Shown piece by piece: positions 40,343-53,566 of a stretch of DNA of 64,000 bases. A model generated the notes under the pieces. It had not been told where the DNA came from. It saw only the letters and a program-made list of their open reading frames with translations, and searched no databases. This DNA is from Balanoglossus misakiensis (lineage: Eukaryota; Animalia; Hemichordata): NCBI GenBank assembly GCA_040954595.2, contig CM082576.2:7815129-7879128 (forward strand), read 5' to 3'. Position 1 is the first letter of the stretch. Every line of letters begins with the position of its first letter. The position numbers and the translations under genes were made by a program.

Positions 40343-43300
40343 AGTCTAAATTACAATGATGTCAGTAAAAAACGCGTTAGCTTTGAAATGCCTTTGGGGG
40401 AAAACGGAGTCAAAATATGAAGCTGTGCGGTTATGTTCCTACCCTTTGTTTTGTAATACGGGTACATCGATCACGAGCATGGTACAGTGTATGTACATTC
40501 TGACACGAGAACAGAATTGGACCACTGTGGATAAATGCGCTGCTTTTACATGTGTATCTAGAAAACGTACAGACGAGCGCCCCTGGTACGACAGGTTATA
40601 CATGTTCCCCAGTGAGATTTTACATACAGTAGCCAAAACTTTCATGGAGATTGCGTGACATAAAATTTGATATTCTTTATGGCTGACAATACATACCAAT
40701 TGTAATTAGGGAGTGTGCTTTTGTTACTCGGTGGCACCGCGGGGTTCGTTGACCGGCAGGTCGCTCAATTGTAAGCCGCAAATTGTTCAGTGTGCGCCCA
40801 ACGTCCGCTAACAGGTGGTACTACAACAATGGCAGAAAGGGAGGGACGAGCAACTACAATGAGAGCAGTCAACACCAATTACGGTTTTCCTTCCCAATCA
40901 TGATTGACACCTTCGTCTCTCACACAATCATCACCTCACTTTGTCACTAGTGTCAACTAACTTGGTTGAAATCGCGCCCTCATCGGCAGCATGCGTGGAC
41001 ACTTTCCTTTTACAGTGTCGCTACGGGTAACTGACAGTGATGAATAACTGGAAAGGCATTCGATCTGTCTGTCTGAGAACAGACGACCAGCTCGATCGCA
41101 AGCGTCAAGGCCAGACTGAACTCGGCGCACTTCTTTATATCGGTGAAAGTTTAGGACTAAATTGATAGGCGACTCCGGCTACAGTCAGCCGTGCACACAA
41201 CAAATCAGCCGGGCTCGCAACTCGTTTTAGCTGGGCCCCTGCCTCTGCGCACAAAATACATTCCTTGCGCGTGATCCAATTAACCCTTGAACGGTTCAGC
41301 GTTGTGTTTGGTCTTCTCTCGACAAACCACGCCCTTGGTGACACATACCGGCGTAATTTATGCAGGGTACGTGCAGGACTAATTGCGAAATTGTAGTGTC
41401 TCTATTCAACGTTCGAAAAATGTCGGCGGTAGCCACGGAAACTGAAGCGCTCTCGCGTTGCTAAGCGTCGCAGAGACCACTGCCGAAAAGTGATTTGGAA
41501 TTGACAAAAAATGCGGGAACGAAACGTAACATTTATTACACTTTTAATATTAATTTCAACATCGAACTTTTTCATCAGATAAAAAACCACCCGAAATTTA
41601 ATCGCATAGAAAACGTCAGCACTTAGCCATCAATCAAACTGCCTTATTGTGCGGTTGTGGCTTTTATGACCATTGCATATGTCGCCCAAATCAAATACGG
41701 AAGAATTTCAATAAAGCGGAGGAAAAGCGCAATGTAAGCGAAAAGTAAAATTATATTAGGGGTCTTTTAAAGAACACATCAAGAGATTTCCGTCTAACAA
41801 TGATTCTACTTTATATCTAATTATTTAAACCGATTTGTTTCCTTGGATTCTATCCGTGACGAAGCACTGCCTTCTTTTTATTTTAATTTTGCGCGCAGTC
41901 GGCAAACTTTCCTCCCGCAAGACACCTTCAAGTGATTCCCGCCAATTTAATGCATATAATACTTTTTATCGACAGGTGTTTTAGCAGCGGTCAGCGTTTC
42001 AACCTTTTGCGGGTCGACCGGTGCTCGACATACGTGAAAGGAAAGCATCGTGGTCTGCAACTATTTATTATTGGATAATTCGGTAGGAGAGATCAATATG
42101 TGAATTTTTAATGTAGTATGATATTTCATCATCACAGACAAAGGAGACTTGTGTTGAGTACTGGAAAAGTCAACTCTCGCGCGCGCACGACACAACCAAA
42201 GAGGAAATTGGCCTTGGGGCGACGGTCCGTCCTTGGATGAACGACGTCAGTCGCGTTTTGGTTATTAAAAGGCGGATTATGACTTGTTTTATTTTCACAA
42301 CGAAGTCATAACCCGGGGCCTTTGTGAGAAAAACGAGAGCCGCACTTCAGTTAAAGTGAACCACTCGGCTTTTGCGATGGCTTCTGCAAAAACGGAATTG
42401 TATTTCTCTAAAGAAGATATAAATCGCTAAATTAATTTTCATTCCCCGTACATGCATAGATAATTGACAAGACTAAGTTCTGGTGGAAGATTTCCAATGG
42501 GGATGGTCTGTCGGGCACGTCACCATGACGTCACGTTTTTTTTAGCCTAATCGGTGGTCGACTTGGAGTATCTTTTCCATTTTTGTGTTTCTTTCAAACA
42601 GTGCTTACTAACGTTTCCATATGGCTATACAGCATTTAGCCGGGCTCGACGGAAACGCGTGCTCTGGTCACGCGCCTCTAGAGCACCACAATAGTTGTAT
42701 GTAATTCCATAATTAATTTCACCCTGAATTGATTTAAACGCATTTGATATCCGCCAAGTACATTTTATATGCAGGCTAATGTTACGCTAATACATTACGG
42801 AACAAGGCAAGCATTTCCCGTCTAACCGCCGACCATTGGGCGTTGGTCTCAAATTTCCCGTCATCGACCGTGCGATAGCAAACCAATTAACCAAACACTG
42901 GTGAAAGTGTTGCCATTTAGCTTAATATCTCGATAACATATGACCGTAATCTCGACATCATAATCATGAGCCGATTGTGGCATGAAAAATATTAAAATGG
43001 AAATCCTAGAGGCTCGCTCGTCCTTGAGATATTCTTTTGTGTCAATATGCTATGATTTCATGCTTTATGAATTTCGTAGACTTTTTTTCTTATCCCTCAC
43101 AGCGGGATGCGCGCGCATGTAAGGCCACGTTGGAAGAAATGACGACGCACATTGATTGGTTGGTTGGTTGCACTTTTTGCAGACCCCGGGAATATTATCA
43201 GACAGACAGTGTGACCCTTTCAAGAATATGTGAAGGTTGATGGAAGAATTCGGTCATACCAATATTGCAAAGACATTTCGTCATCGTTTCTGAGAGAAAT

Positions 43301-46300
43301 GGGGCGTCAAGTTCCGCGCCGAATCCAACTGCCTTGTCTCGACATTGCACAATTGTTTCGATTGTTGCATAATAGGCCTGGTTGCACAATGCATATTGTT
43401 GGGTCAAAACAAAGTGTATTATATCCCCGTCTTTGCCTTCAGTATTTTGTATGTTTTGTACCTTTGATTTGAAACCACAAGATGTCAAGCGCCCCAAAAA
43501 AATCCATGGAAAATTTCTTTGTCGATGACAAGCCAGCCTGAGGAATCGGCCGACGCGACGTTTCTCGAACGTTTGACTAACAAACAAACAAACAAACACA
43601 CACAAAGCTAAGGATGACGTCATTCTGATTGACCTACCTCGTTGCCAGTTTCACTTAGACACCTGTTAAATCTGTTCCTATTGGATGCGTACACTGAGTT
43701 GACCTGTGTGGTGCAGTCTGGTTTCATTTGCATGTAAAGTACGATGCTTGTCTTCTTCAACTCACAAGAAAAAATATCGTATGTAGGCGCAACTGCAACC
43801 AACGCTGAACTTTACAGCGTGTAGTCCATACGTTGTTTGTATACAATAGAAAAGGATGAATCACTTCGACCTACATATGCTGCGCATGCGCTTAGCCCAC
43901 CCTTTCACCACGGTCCTGTGAGGCTCACTTGTCAGAATGCCCTTGTCTCCGGTTTATATAGGGGGGTCCATCTAAATATAGACCATTACGTCACCTTTAA
44001 AATGCTTGCAATTTACATGTCTAATACATTTTAATTTTTTTCATATGTTTGCTCGAGGAGTAAAATATCGTGTTCGGTGGTGTCTACTCTATGTGTTGTC
44101 ATGCCAACCCGCGTAACAAACAACGTCCTTGCTTTGCAATTGTAGAGATGGTGATCGGTTTATCAGCGACATATTTCACACTGGAAGCCTATTAAACGGC
44201 GATGAAGTCGTGTGATTCATGTCCGTTTGAATATAGCTTTACTCAGGTAAACTGAGTGCGTGGACCAAATGAAATAATAACTGGCGTATGCCAAGAATGC
44301 GCATCCTCGCCTATTCTAAACAAATCTTCGTGCAACCGCGCCGGCATGACGCGGCGTCCCTGCGCCCAATGATTCTGTCTATGCTGCACTGTCACCAATC
44401 TTTTTGGGTTAATATACCAAGCGTTCGACCATCGTAGCATACTTCTCAAACAAAATCAAACGCTATCAATCTCTCGTGTCCATCGGGGCACAAAGGGGCT
44501 TGTTATTTTAGTGGGGGAAAAAAACGTCAAGCTGTGAAATCCGAATTGATGCACGCTTCAACCTGTCATTTTGAGAGGACCCCCGGGACGGGACATGTCG
44601 ACGGATGCGACTGTCAACCATGATAATCTGTCTCGCGTGCCTTGTATTTAAAACAGAACCAGTATATGTCACATTGCCCTACAATTGTTACACATATAAA
44701 AAGAGTTACAGACGATGTAGAAAAGTCAATTGTTGTCTGTTGTGCTGTCTAGCTTATCACTGGTCTGATATGAGGTCAAGGATATCGGGAATATTCCCAC
44801 CCCAATCAGTCAGTCTCTTGTTATCCAGGATCCGGTTTACTCAGTATCATGCACTCTGGCCTTTATTCCTGGGGTGGCTAGGAAGAAACATTATTTTTAG
44901 ATTTTGTCTTTAAATGAAATTTTCTTGGCCTGATAAATTACCAGACACGATCACCACAGTCTAGTATACGATCATTAGTACAAGAACGGGAGCACTGAAA
45001 TGTGCTAAAGGTTTGGAGAGAAGGCAAATATTGTTTTACACTGTATCAGTGCATTCATTTATTATTTTTGCAAAATTGCTAGTGTTATTAGATTACACAA
45101 CCCTTGATTTCATGGTGAAACACATTATCGGATCGCTTTTAAAGCTATAGCTCGTTTAGCTGTGCTCACGGTAGCACCCTCGTGCCCGGCGCACCAGTTT
45201 AATTTGCATTTATGCTATGATGCTATGACGCAACCTGGTGCGGTGGTTTCTATAAGAAAAAGTCCGAATGACATATACTGACCGTTTGCATTTAGAAACG
45301 AAAAAAATATTAATGGTGACGAAGCAGATTCGAAATCGAAATGAGTAACGTACTTTGCGCATAGTAGTAAACAGAGGTTCAGACACGCTGTCCGCGCTGA
45401 TTTCATGCGAGTACGCATGTACCCGTTTTGGGAAAATTTTTGGGTTTTTTTCATGAGTCATTGAGTCCCAGCCTACGACGAAATTTTTAGTCAATGATGA
45501 CCCGGCAGAGAAGAACTCAGGAACGGACATGCCCCAAAAAGTTGATTGATTTGCAATACAGCGCCCTCTAACAAGTAAGCGACGTTAAAGTTGCTCTCAC
45601 CTGCGTTGGAGTTACAGCCATGATTCTAATATCCGTCGTGCCTGGGTAGTGGAGATGGTTTTGGTCGAGTCTCTCATGGATGTGCTACGTTTCCAGACAC
45701 TGTCGCCTTGAAGAGCGACGAACTTGCGCCATAATGTTGACATCAGCATTTTTGTTTCAATCGAAAACAATCACAGCCGGATTAGTCAACGGCTTTAAAT
45801 AAACTGCGCATGCGCGCTTGTCTACTGGACCAAGAGTTTACACTATAAAACTGCACTTTTTTTTCAAAATATAAAATCGTCATAATCACCATCTTGCTGC
45901 GCTGTGTAAAATCCCCTTCGATACGATATTATTTTTAGAAATGACGTCATCAATATTTATACACATTATTTGTGACTGTACGAGAAATAGTGGCCGACGT
46001 TTCAACAACGCAAATGCATGAATGTGTGTTTTGTGTCACATCATGTATTCAACATTATTCACAAGTGTAGAACAAGTGGAATGGCAATGCGATAGACAGA
46101 ACGGACAGGGATAACTCGTTTGACCATACATTACAACAATGGGGTCTATAGTAGTAACAAAGCAGTAGCAGACGCATCAGTTCTGTCAGAAGACAATAGT
46201 CGGCTTTCTAACAGACTGAACTAGTATGCAGTCATACACTTGGAAAGCTGCCAGCGCTAGCTGACCATGTGGACCTGCCGTCACCATCACAAGGCGATCG

Positions 46301-46944
46301 CTTAAATGTCACGAGGGACGAGAGTTGAGAGGGTCATTCGGACGATTCTACGTCACGGTCATTTTTTGCGTTTCAGACAAATTGGGGGGAGCACTGTAAT
46401 AAAAGCGAATGTTCAAGTCTTTGTCGAATATGTTGACTTGATTTCTTATATCCAGTCTCGTGTTGTTCGAACAAAGCGCGAACAAGCGTCAGCTTTAGAG
46501 GTGGTAAAGAGTGACTATTGTAATTTGAGGTTGCTTCGGCAAAACGTCACATATATACGTCACATAAATGCGGCGACGTATTATCTCTGATATGTTTACA
46601 TCTGAATGTTGTACCGACGTTTTATTTTTCTCTCGACGGAGCACAGCAGTTCTTCCAATTGGCTCTTGTAAGTTAGGTTGGCGACGTCACACAGGGCCGA
46701 GCACGAGAAACAGGAAACAGTCAGCACTATAAAAAGTTTTAGATAGATTCTAAGACAGTCACCCCCTGGACATTCTCAAACTTACCCTCACCCATCACCT
46801 GACCAATACACTAACAGTTGGATGGGTTATCTCCGGGGGTAACTTTCCTGATACCGACCGTATTATCGTATACTACAATGTTGATATAAAAATGGCAATG
46901 AATTACATATCTCCGACCAAAGAACGCAATTTGCACTTGAACTC

Positions 46945-47028
<84 letters not shown>
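46945..47028. repeat. (ATG)28 microsatellite
   Basis: Perfect trinucleotide run. It generates the spurious poly-I and poly-H ORFs. Confidence 0.97.
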
Positions 47029-50000
47029 TTCGGTATTTCCGGTGGACTGCCGGTGACACAATGCATCCAATCTCCCGCTACTGATTCTTCGTGTTCTTGA
47101 CATCAGTACTATGAACCTTGTATATCCGTAAACTAGGCCTGTCACCACCCGCATATCTTCGAAAGCCCCGTGTCGGCTCTTTCATGCTAAAAATACTGTA
47201 GTTTAGTAGATTAATTGGACACGGCAACTGTAGAGGAAAGGAGGGCGAAAGCCGGGTCGACGCGTTTCTGTTCAAAAAAAACATGACCAGAAGCATCTTC
47301 TTATTCTTTTTACCTGAATTACGCTGCATGGATGCTAATGGGTGACAAGAAAGAGGGGATTCGGGAAACACATTTCATTGAAAGCATAAGCGAGAGAAAC
47401 GTCTATGGCGTTGATACGTTGTTGATACTAACAATAATGTGCTGTCAATTTGGGCGTAAAATACACACTAATACGATAGGTATATACCAAACACTAATAA
47501 ACTACAAACTCATATACAGGATTTGTTGAGAAGGTAAAGATTGAACATTTCACAAGTCTAATATCAAGAGTATAGAACAAGAATCCGGAGTTGACACATG
47601 AAAGTTCAATTTCTCTTTTTGACGACGAGAAATGAAATCTCTCGAACAACCGATTTATTCCTATGCAATAACCACCCGCAATTTGACAAAATGGGCGGGG
47701 AAAGTGATCGCCTGATTTAGACCAGTCATAAAAACAATACACAATAGGTGAGTTCATTACAGCGTGACACAGTTCTGTCGTCTATCGTATAAAAATATAT
47801 CAATGCAGTGGAAGTGCCGTTTTTATTGCTTTATTGATATTCAATAGTTTAAAAAACAATGCCAGCACATCATCCGAAGGATGAATCAATGTCTATATAT
47901 GTATACGCCCATGTAGGAATTCCCCATTTCAAATGTTATTTTAATGAATGAATGAATCATACCATGATCCAATCCGAGGCCGGGTTGCAGGATGGTGCAG
48001 TTACAACAGAACTGCACGTGGGTTTTCGTGATGCGTTACTAGAGGCAAAAAATCACAGACATATACTATATAGAAGACAGATCTTGCTACTCTTGCTGTC
48101 TTCGTTGATACAGTTCTGTGGTGTAACTAGGTCTGCCTGCACTTGTCAGGGTCCCGGTTAGGTCAACGGTTAGGGTTATAGGTACAAGGTTGTGTGTACC
48201 TGCAACTCTGCAGCGACAATATTGCAAAGATTTCAAAAATACATGGTAATAGTTTTCACCACGTGATCAGTTCACAATGATGATTCACTGTTGGGTGGGC
48301 GGATCAAGACAAGAAAGCGGTGATAATAAAAAAAATATGAAACAAAAGTCAGAGGCATACATACGCAACAGGAAGAGGGGCATTTGTGAATTTTGAATGA
48401 CGTCATCAGTCTACCAGTTTGGGTTCGGTCCCGTTAAAGGTACATTGTTACACACACCTGATTTCAGCGAGCCTTCTGTTGCATCATGGAAATTCCACTG
48501 ACTCATGTTCAGTTAAAATCTCGAAGATTCTTTTTAAACAGTTGCAAACAGCGTAAAACTTGAATGATGTAACTGTGAGTAGCAGTTGCACCGCAGTTTT
48601 CGTTTCATTTTGAGTGTGTTTTATTGCATGATTGTTTAGTTTTGATTGACTGATAGATTGATTGGTTTTCTTATATGATTGATGTTGTCTGGGGCAATGC
48701 TGACTGAGATCATTGCGTGCATATATTATAGTAACATTACAAGCCAGATTGATGAACAACGCCGTGTGTCGAGTATTTACCATATAATTACATGTATATT
48801 TAATGCGCCATAAAATCCAATTCACGGACAACGCATGTATCAAAACGGAATTACATCTCTATAAAATATCCAATATCATTATTTACATAAAAACGAACGC
48901 TTAAACATGGCACTAGCACACAACTTGAACGCTCATTATGGTCCCTGAATAACACACTAAAATGAACACGAAAATCCAGCTACGTGTGTGTCTTTGGAAA
49001 AGAAAATAACTTTGGCGTTGCGTACGCTATGACTTCAAATGCCACAGGTTTCCATCACAACCTCTTAAAAGGTCCGATATTTGTCACTGGCACGGGATAT
49101 TTGGAGAAGTACAATGAATGGAACGACACCAAATTCAAACCAGACTTGGTATTCGTATTCATGAACCCCTCAAAGACATTTGGGGAACAAAGAGGGCGGG
49201 AGGGCGGGACTTTCATTTGGCAGTAGGCCTATACGTGCTGAGCATGCATAGAAGAATCTACTATAGTCTATATCGGTAGCTATATATAGCTATATACATA
49301 TTGTCTGCATATTGTTGTATATGGCATTTTGAGTTCGAGAGGGTATGCTATTATTTCAGCCGCCAATATCGCATCATTTTCGCAGCCAATCGTCGTCTGA
49401 CACTCAGGGATGTGCACAAAGCGACTTGCGTTTATCTGACAAAGTATGCCGCGCGCCAGCTGATGTTGTCGCGCAGATGTGGGCTACTCTAGGCTGAACA
49501 AAGTTGAACTTCTTCAGGTGACAGACGTGTCTGTCTTCAGGTCAAGCCAGGCCGTTATTAAAAGGCGTGCTTTGTATGTGTTTAGCGGGCGAATAGACCT
49601 TTGCTCTTATTAATAAGTTTCTGCGCGGTTGCACAAATGCGACCATTTTACTCTTTTCGTCTTGATCTCTCCGGACAATGACAAATATGTGGCCACCTAT
49701 ACCAAGCCCATCACGGGGCAAATGTGTGGGCTGATTATATAGACAGGACCACGTGCGCCGGTGGTTTTACAAGTCAGTCCGCTCAAATCAGAACATGCTA
49801 CGTGTTTAAACAGGAAGTCTGCATGGCTGAAATTGTACTTCCCTTTCTCCTCTCGTCTTTGAGACTTCGCGTCTGAAATATAGCAAACGATTGGCTGCCA
49901 CCGATAATGATCGATAGCCAAGAGCAAATAATTGGACGTCGTCTGCGGTCATTTGCTGGATCGTGGAAAAAATCACCACGTGACCAATTCTCCAGTCGAC

Positions 50001-52353
50001 TTCTGAGCCGTATTGACGTGGATATCGGAGCGTATGAGTAAGATCTGATTCACAAATAATGGCCGTGTCGAGCAGAGGTCGAGAAATGACTATATCATCG
50101 CCCGCAACAAGGTCAGTTATGTTTGAATATTGACGGATTGGGAGCTATTTTGGTTTGGCGCACAATTCTCAAATATACGTGCACGTTCTTTCGTTGTGTT
50201 GTTCAGAAATGGATTTTGACTTCCACTTCGTTGTCCGCGCGAGGACATAAGTGACGGCAATGGTGTTTGAATCTTTAAGAAACGAAACGGTCGAAAATTC
50301 CCGCTCCGGCTATTCTGTTCGAATGCGCATGCGTTATTTTTCGCTTCTTGAACCCCCTTCTCCCCACCCCGGCCAAGCGTCACAGCTGTCGGCGGAAATA
50401 TGCCGTGGCAACGCTCAAATTTTGGACTGAAAGCCCCGTGAACGTCATAACGGTGGTGGTTTGAGTGCTTTTTGAAGCTGACGACAAAATGTGGCCGTTT
50501 AGATTTCGCACATGTAGCTTCCATCCTGCACTCGCACTCATCATGCGCACCGCTGCCGCCACACACAATGCAGTGTCGCCCATTATGAACGATCCAGTTA
50601 CAACCCTAACGACAGCTCCAGAAAACATGAGTTAACCGCTGCACTGCGGGACAAAATACATAACAATGGACAGCACCAATATTGATCACCTTGCACAGGA
50701 AAACAAACTGAAAAGAAACCATTGTGGCGAAGCATGCGTCACCCGCTCTCCCAATCTAAAGCTTAAATCAAGGACACCTCAAACTTCAATTTCCTGCCTA
50801 AAATATTTGCAACCTTCTCAACGTACTTCTTGTACTGGAAAATTCACCAATGTAAATAAAAAAGAAATACAAATCCACACTTTTTTTAAAAAGTACGAAG
50901 GAAGCTTTCCCTTGGATTTCAGTGGAAAATATTACAAATGGGCTAGTCCCAGTAAAATGCATAAAAATCGATTTCACATGTAAAATAAAACTTCAATTGG
51001 CCTACTGACAATAACTTTCTCTATGACAAGTACATGATTGTGGCAATTTCTTGCTTTCATCCGTATGAGTTTAAATTATACGGTCATCTATATAAAATGT
51101 TTGCATAAATACACCAAATAATGCAGATTCAACCAATCACAGATTTCAAAATCAGTGACCACGCCAAAATGTACCCAGCCAAGTACACTTTAAACACAAA
51201 TGGACATACATAAATTAAAGCTTGGTGATTATTAGTCACGGTAAAATGTCACCCTGAACGATTGATATTCTTAGAGACAGGAAACAAAGTCGTCATCCTT
51301 AACATCATTTTTGCATATTTTTGAATTGTCTTGTTTGAAAACAAAGTGATCTCCCTGTGTAGGCAGAAGACTTTAATATTACACGTCACCGAAGGGGAAT
51401 GACCTCGCTGCGATGTTATTTGTCTACATTTCCAAACAGGATGAAAGCAGTGACAGCACATTTTGATGACCTCTGACCTGAAATAACCGTAGTTGTGTTT
51501 AAAGACGACGACTTTGGCCTTGTAAGTGTTGGTAGTTTTGACTTTGGACATTTCCGGTAATTTAATGTACCGTCAGTATTTGAAACAATCTGGGAACAAT
51601 ACTCCACTTTTCGTCACCCCTGAGTGACCTTACATCCTGGTAATTTAGTTGGGATGGCATCATACATCTTTTGTCATGAACAAGCGTCATGTTTTTGGTC
51701 TAGGATTACTCAGGGTACACAAACCCAACGGTATGGATGCCTGTTGCAGCAAACTCATACCGACAGAAATGTCAGGATGCAAAGGTCACAAAGGGGTCAA
51801 GAAAGCGTCGGGCCTATCGCAAATTTAAAGCATTAAAGATACACACACCACGTGGAATTATGGCCAACCCGAAACCTAAAATTCGAAAGTAATCCCACAT
51901 GGTGCCGTATCATCTGCTAGACAACAAATGTCATTAGCTATGATCAAAAAGAATGGCGAAAGTAATCACGCCAACAGGCACAGACCGAGTCGGAAATGGG
52001 CGATTCAGGCACTGTATGTGCTTTGGTGACTCCACCGATTGGTCGTGCTCCGATTTTCACCACACAGTAAGTGGCAAAGTGGTGGTGGTCGTCTGTCGTT
52101 CTTCTTGCCCATCATGCAACTCTCCGGGACGGCGTTGAACTTCTAGTAACGGGCAATCATGAAGCTGGAGCCGATGATTCATTCAGTTGCGGGTTGATAC
52201 CATTTATGGCAATGGGCGAGGGGAGAAGTTCTCTTTTCTGTTTTTGCAAAGTCCGCCCACGGAGCGGAGAACAGATTTTGGGAGATGTGCGCACATGAGA
52301 TTTCAGTAGAAGGTATTCACAAATAATTGCTTAGATTAGATGACATCGCATTT

Positions 52354-52587
52354 TCAATGCACCCGCGGTGTCTTCATAGAAAGACACAGTGCCTCTGTTT
52401 GCTGTGTCCCATCTCCATGACAACAATGGTGCGTGCTCTCGCCAGCTGGTTCTGGGGTGTGCCTCTCATGCACAGAGCGACTCATTTGAAGAGTTTGGAC
52501 AGCGTGAACGAAATATTCTCTCCTGTCCTCCAGGAGGCGGAGTCGTGTCTTCAGCGCCATGTTCTTATCCTGGAGATCTTCCATAAT
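52354..52587 (-). CDS. bZIP gene 3, candidate alternative terminal exon 3b (second leucine zipper)
   Basis: Acceptor TTGCCTCTTGTGCACAG|ATT in phase 0. IMEDLQDKNMALKTRLRLLEDRREYF aligns without gaps to exon 3a ESERLQEANAVLQEKIRALEHHKNFL. Open for 77 codons. Confidence 0.68.
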   Translation of the reverse strand: MMEDLQDKNMALKTRLRLLEDRREYFVHAVQTLQMSRSVHERHTPEPAGESTHHCCHGDGTQQTEALCLSMKTPRVH

Positions 52588-52766
52588 CTGTGCACAAGAG
52601 GCAATATTGAAAGCTAAATCAGTCTCGGAACAAACGGCTGTTGGGTGCATTATGCTCCTGAAAGTGCATAACACTTGTCTTCAATCACAAAGTCGGCAGT
52701 TTGATGAGCAGTTTGATGGGCGCATCTATTTAGCAGAAAGGTGTGTTATGTATTAGTGTCTTTCAC

Positions 52767-52907
52767 TCAGAACATCAGCTTCACCGAGCCAGGAAACGTC
52801 GGCATTTTCACTTGATCCCACAGGCGAGTGAGAAAGTTCTTGTGGTGCTCCAGCGCTCGTATCTTCTCTTGAAGGACGGCGTTGGCTTCTTGTAGGCGCT
52901 CAGATTC
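52767..52907 (-). CDS. bZIP gene 3, exon 3a (leucine zipper)
   Basis: ACTTTCTGCAG|GAA. Reads ESERLQEANAVLQEKIRALEHHKNFLTRLWDQVKMPTFPGSVKLMF*, with heptad leucines in register with exon 2 and no HxxxC. Confidence 0.88.
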   Translation of the reverse strand, partial: ESERLQEANAVLQEKIRALEHHKNFLTRLWDQVKMPTFPGSVKLMF

Positions 52908-53464
52908 CTGCAGAAAGTCAAGGTAAACCCAAAGGGGGACAACACGTGTAAAGATGCTATAGCTAGCAGCTGACTGTTCATTAGCCCAGGAACGTTTCGA
53001 TTTGGGAATACATTATACATTATTTTGTTGATTTTGTAAGTTAAAGTATTTCACTCTTGACAGAACACAGAAAGAACGTCCATGGAGATCTTTACTATAG
53101 TCCACAGAAAAAGACGCTTCAAAACAAGCCATCAAATCCTTCCATTATAACACTTACGCCAGTTTTCCTCCATGAAAGTCACACCAGATTCAAACCAAGA
53201 AACATATTTCAATTCAAGGAGAGAAAAAAACGACGATCAGCTGTGCATAGGGTAGACAAACGGTAAAATTAAACGGAACACTGTCCATCGGACAATTATG
53301 GTCTTTTCGCCTGGACTGAAATTCAAGGTGGCGCGCGCACTATGATGCAACTAAGTGTTGCATCAGTTGTTTCTGCGTACTTTGATACACCTGCACGTAG
53401 TACGCAAGACACCACAGATAAATGTTTTTTTTTCTGTGCAAACTGAATGTGGAACCGATCCTAC

Positions 53465-53566
53465 CTGGTTGAGGGAAGTTGTCGACTCTCGCTTCCTATT
53501 TCTGTATCGCTCGGCGGCCAACTTGTTCTGGTCACGCCGTCTCTGGCGTCTCTCCTCCTCGGCAGT
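53465..53566 (-). CDS. bZIP gene 3, exon 2 (basic region)
   Basis: ATAG|ACT ... CAG|GTAGG; 102 bp. Reads TAEEERRQRRRDQNKLAAERYRNRKRESTTSLNQ. Confidence 0.9.

Noticed and set aside
44749-44775. TAGCTTATCA resembling the miR-21 5' end, or a U2 snRNA fragment
   Set aside because: Only about 10 nt match, with no convincing precursor hairpin and no further U2 sequence.
46863-47154. Poly-His and poly-Ile ORFs
   Set aside because: They are translations of the (ATG)28 microsatellite, with no supporting coding features.
52010-52147. Possible third zipper exon of gene 3 (shares CAACGCCGTCC with exon 3a)
   Set aside because: The translation KFNAVPESCMMG has a Pro and no heptad leucines, and an 11-bp match could be chance.
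38400-52300. Additional bZIP paralogue in the gap between genes 2 and 3
   Set aside because: I found no basic-region or zipper exon by eye on either strand. A degraded copy cannot be excluded without TBLASTN.
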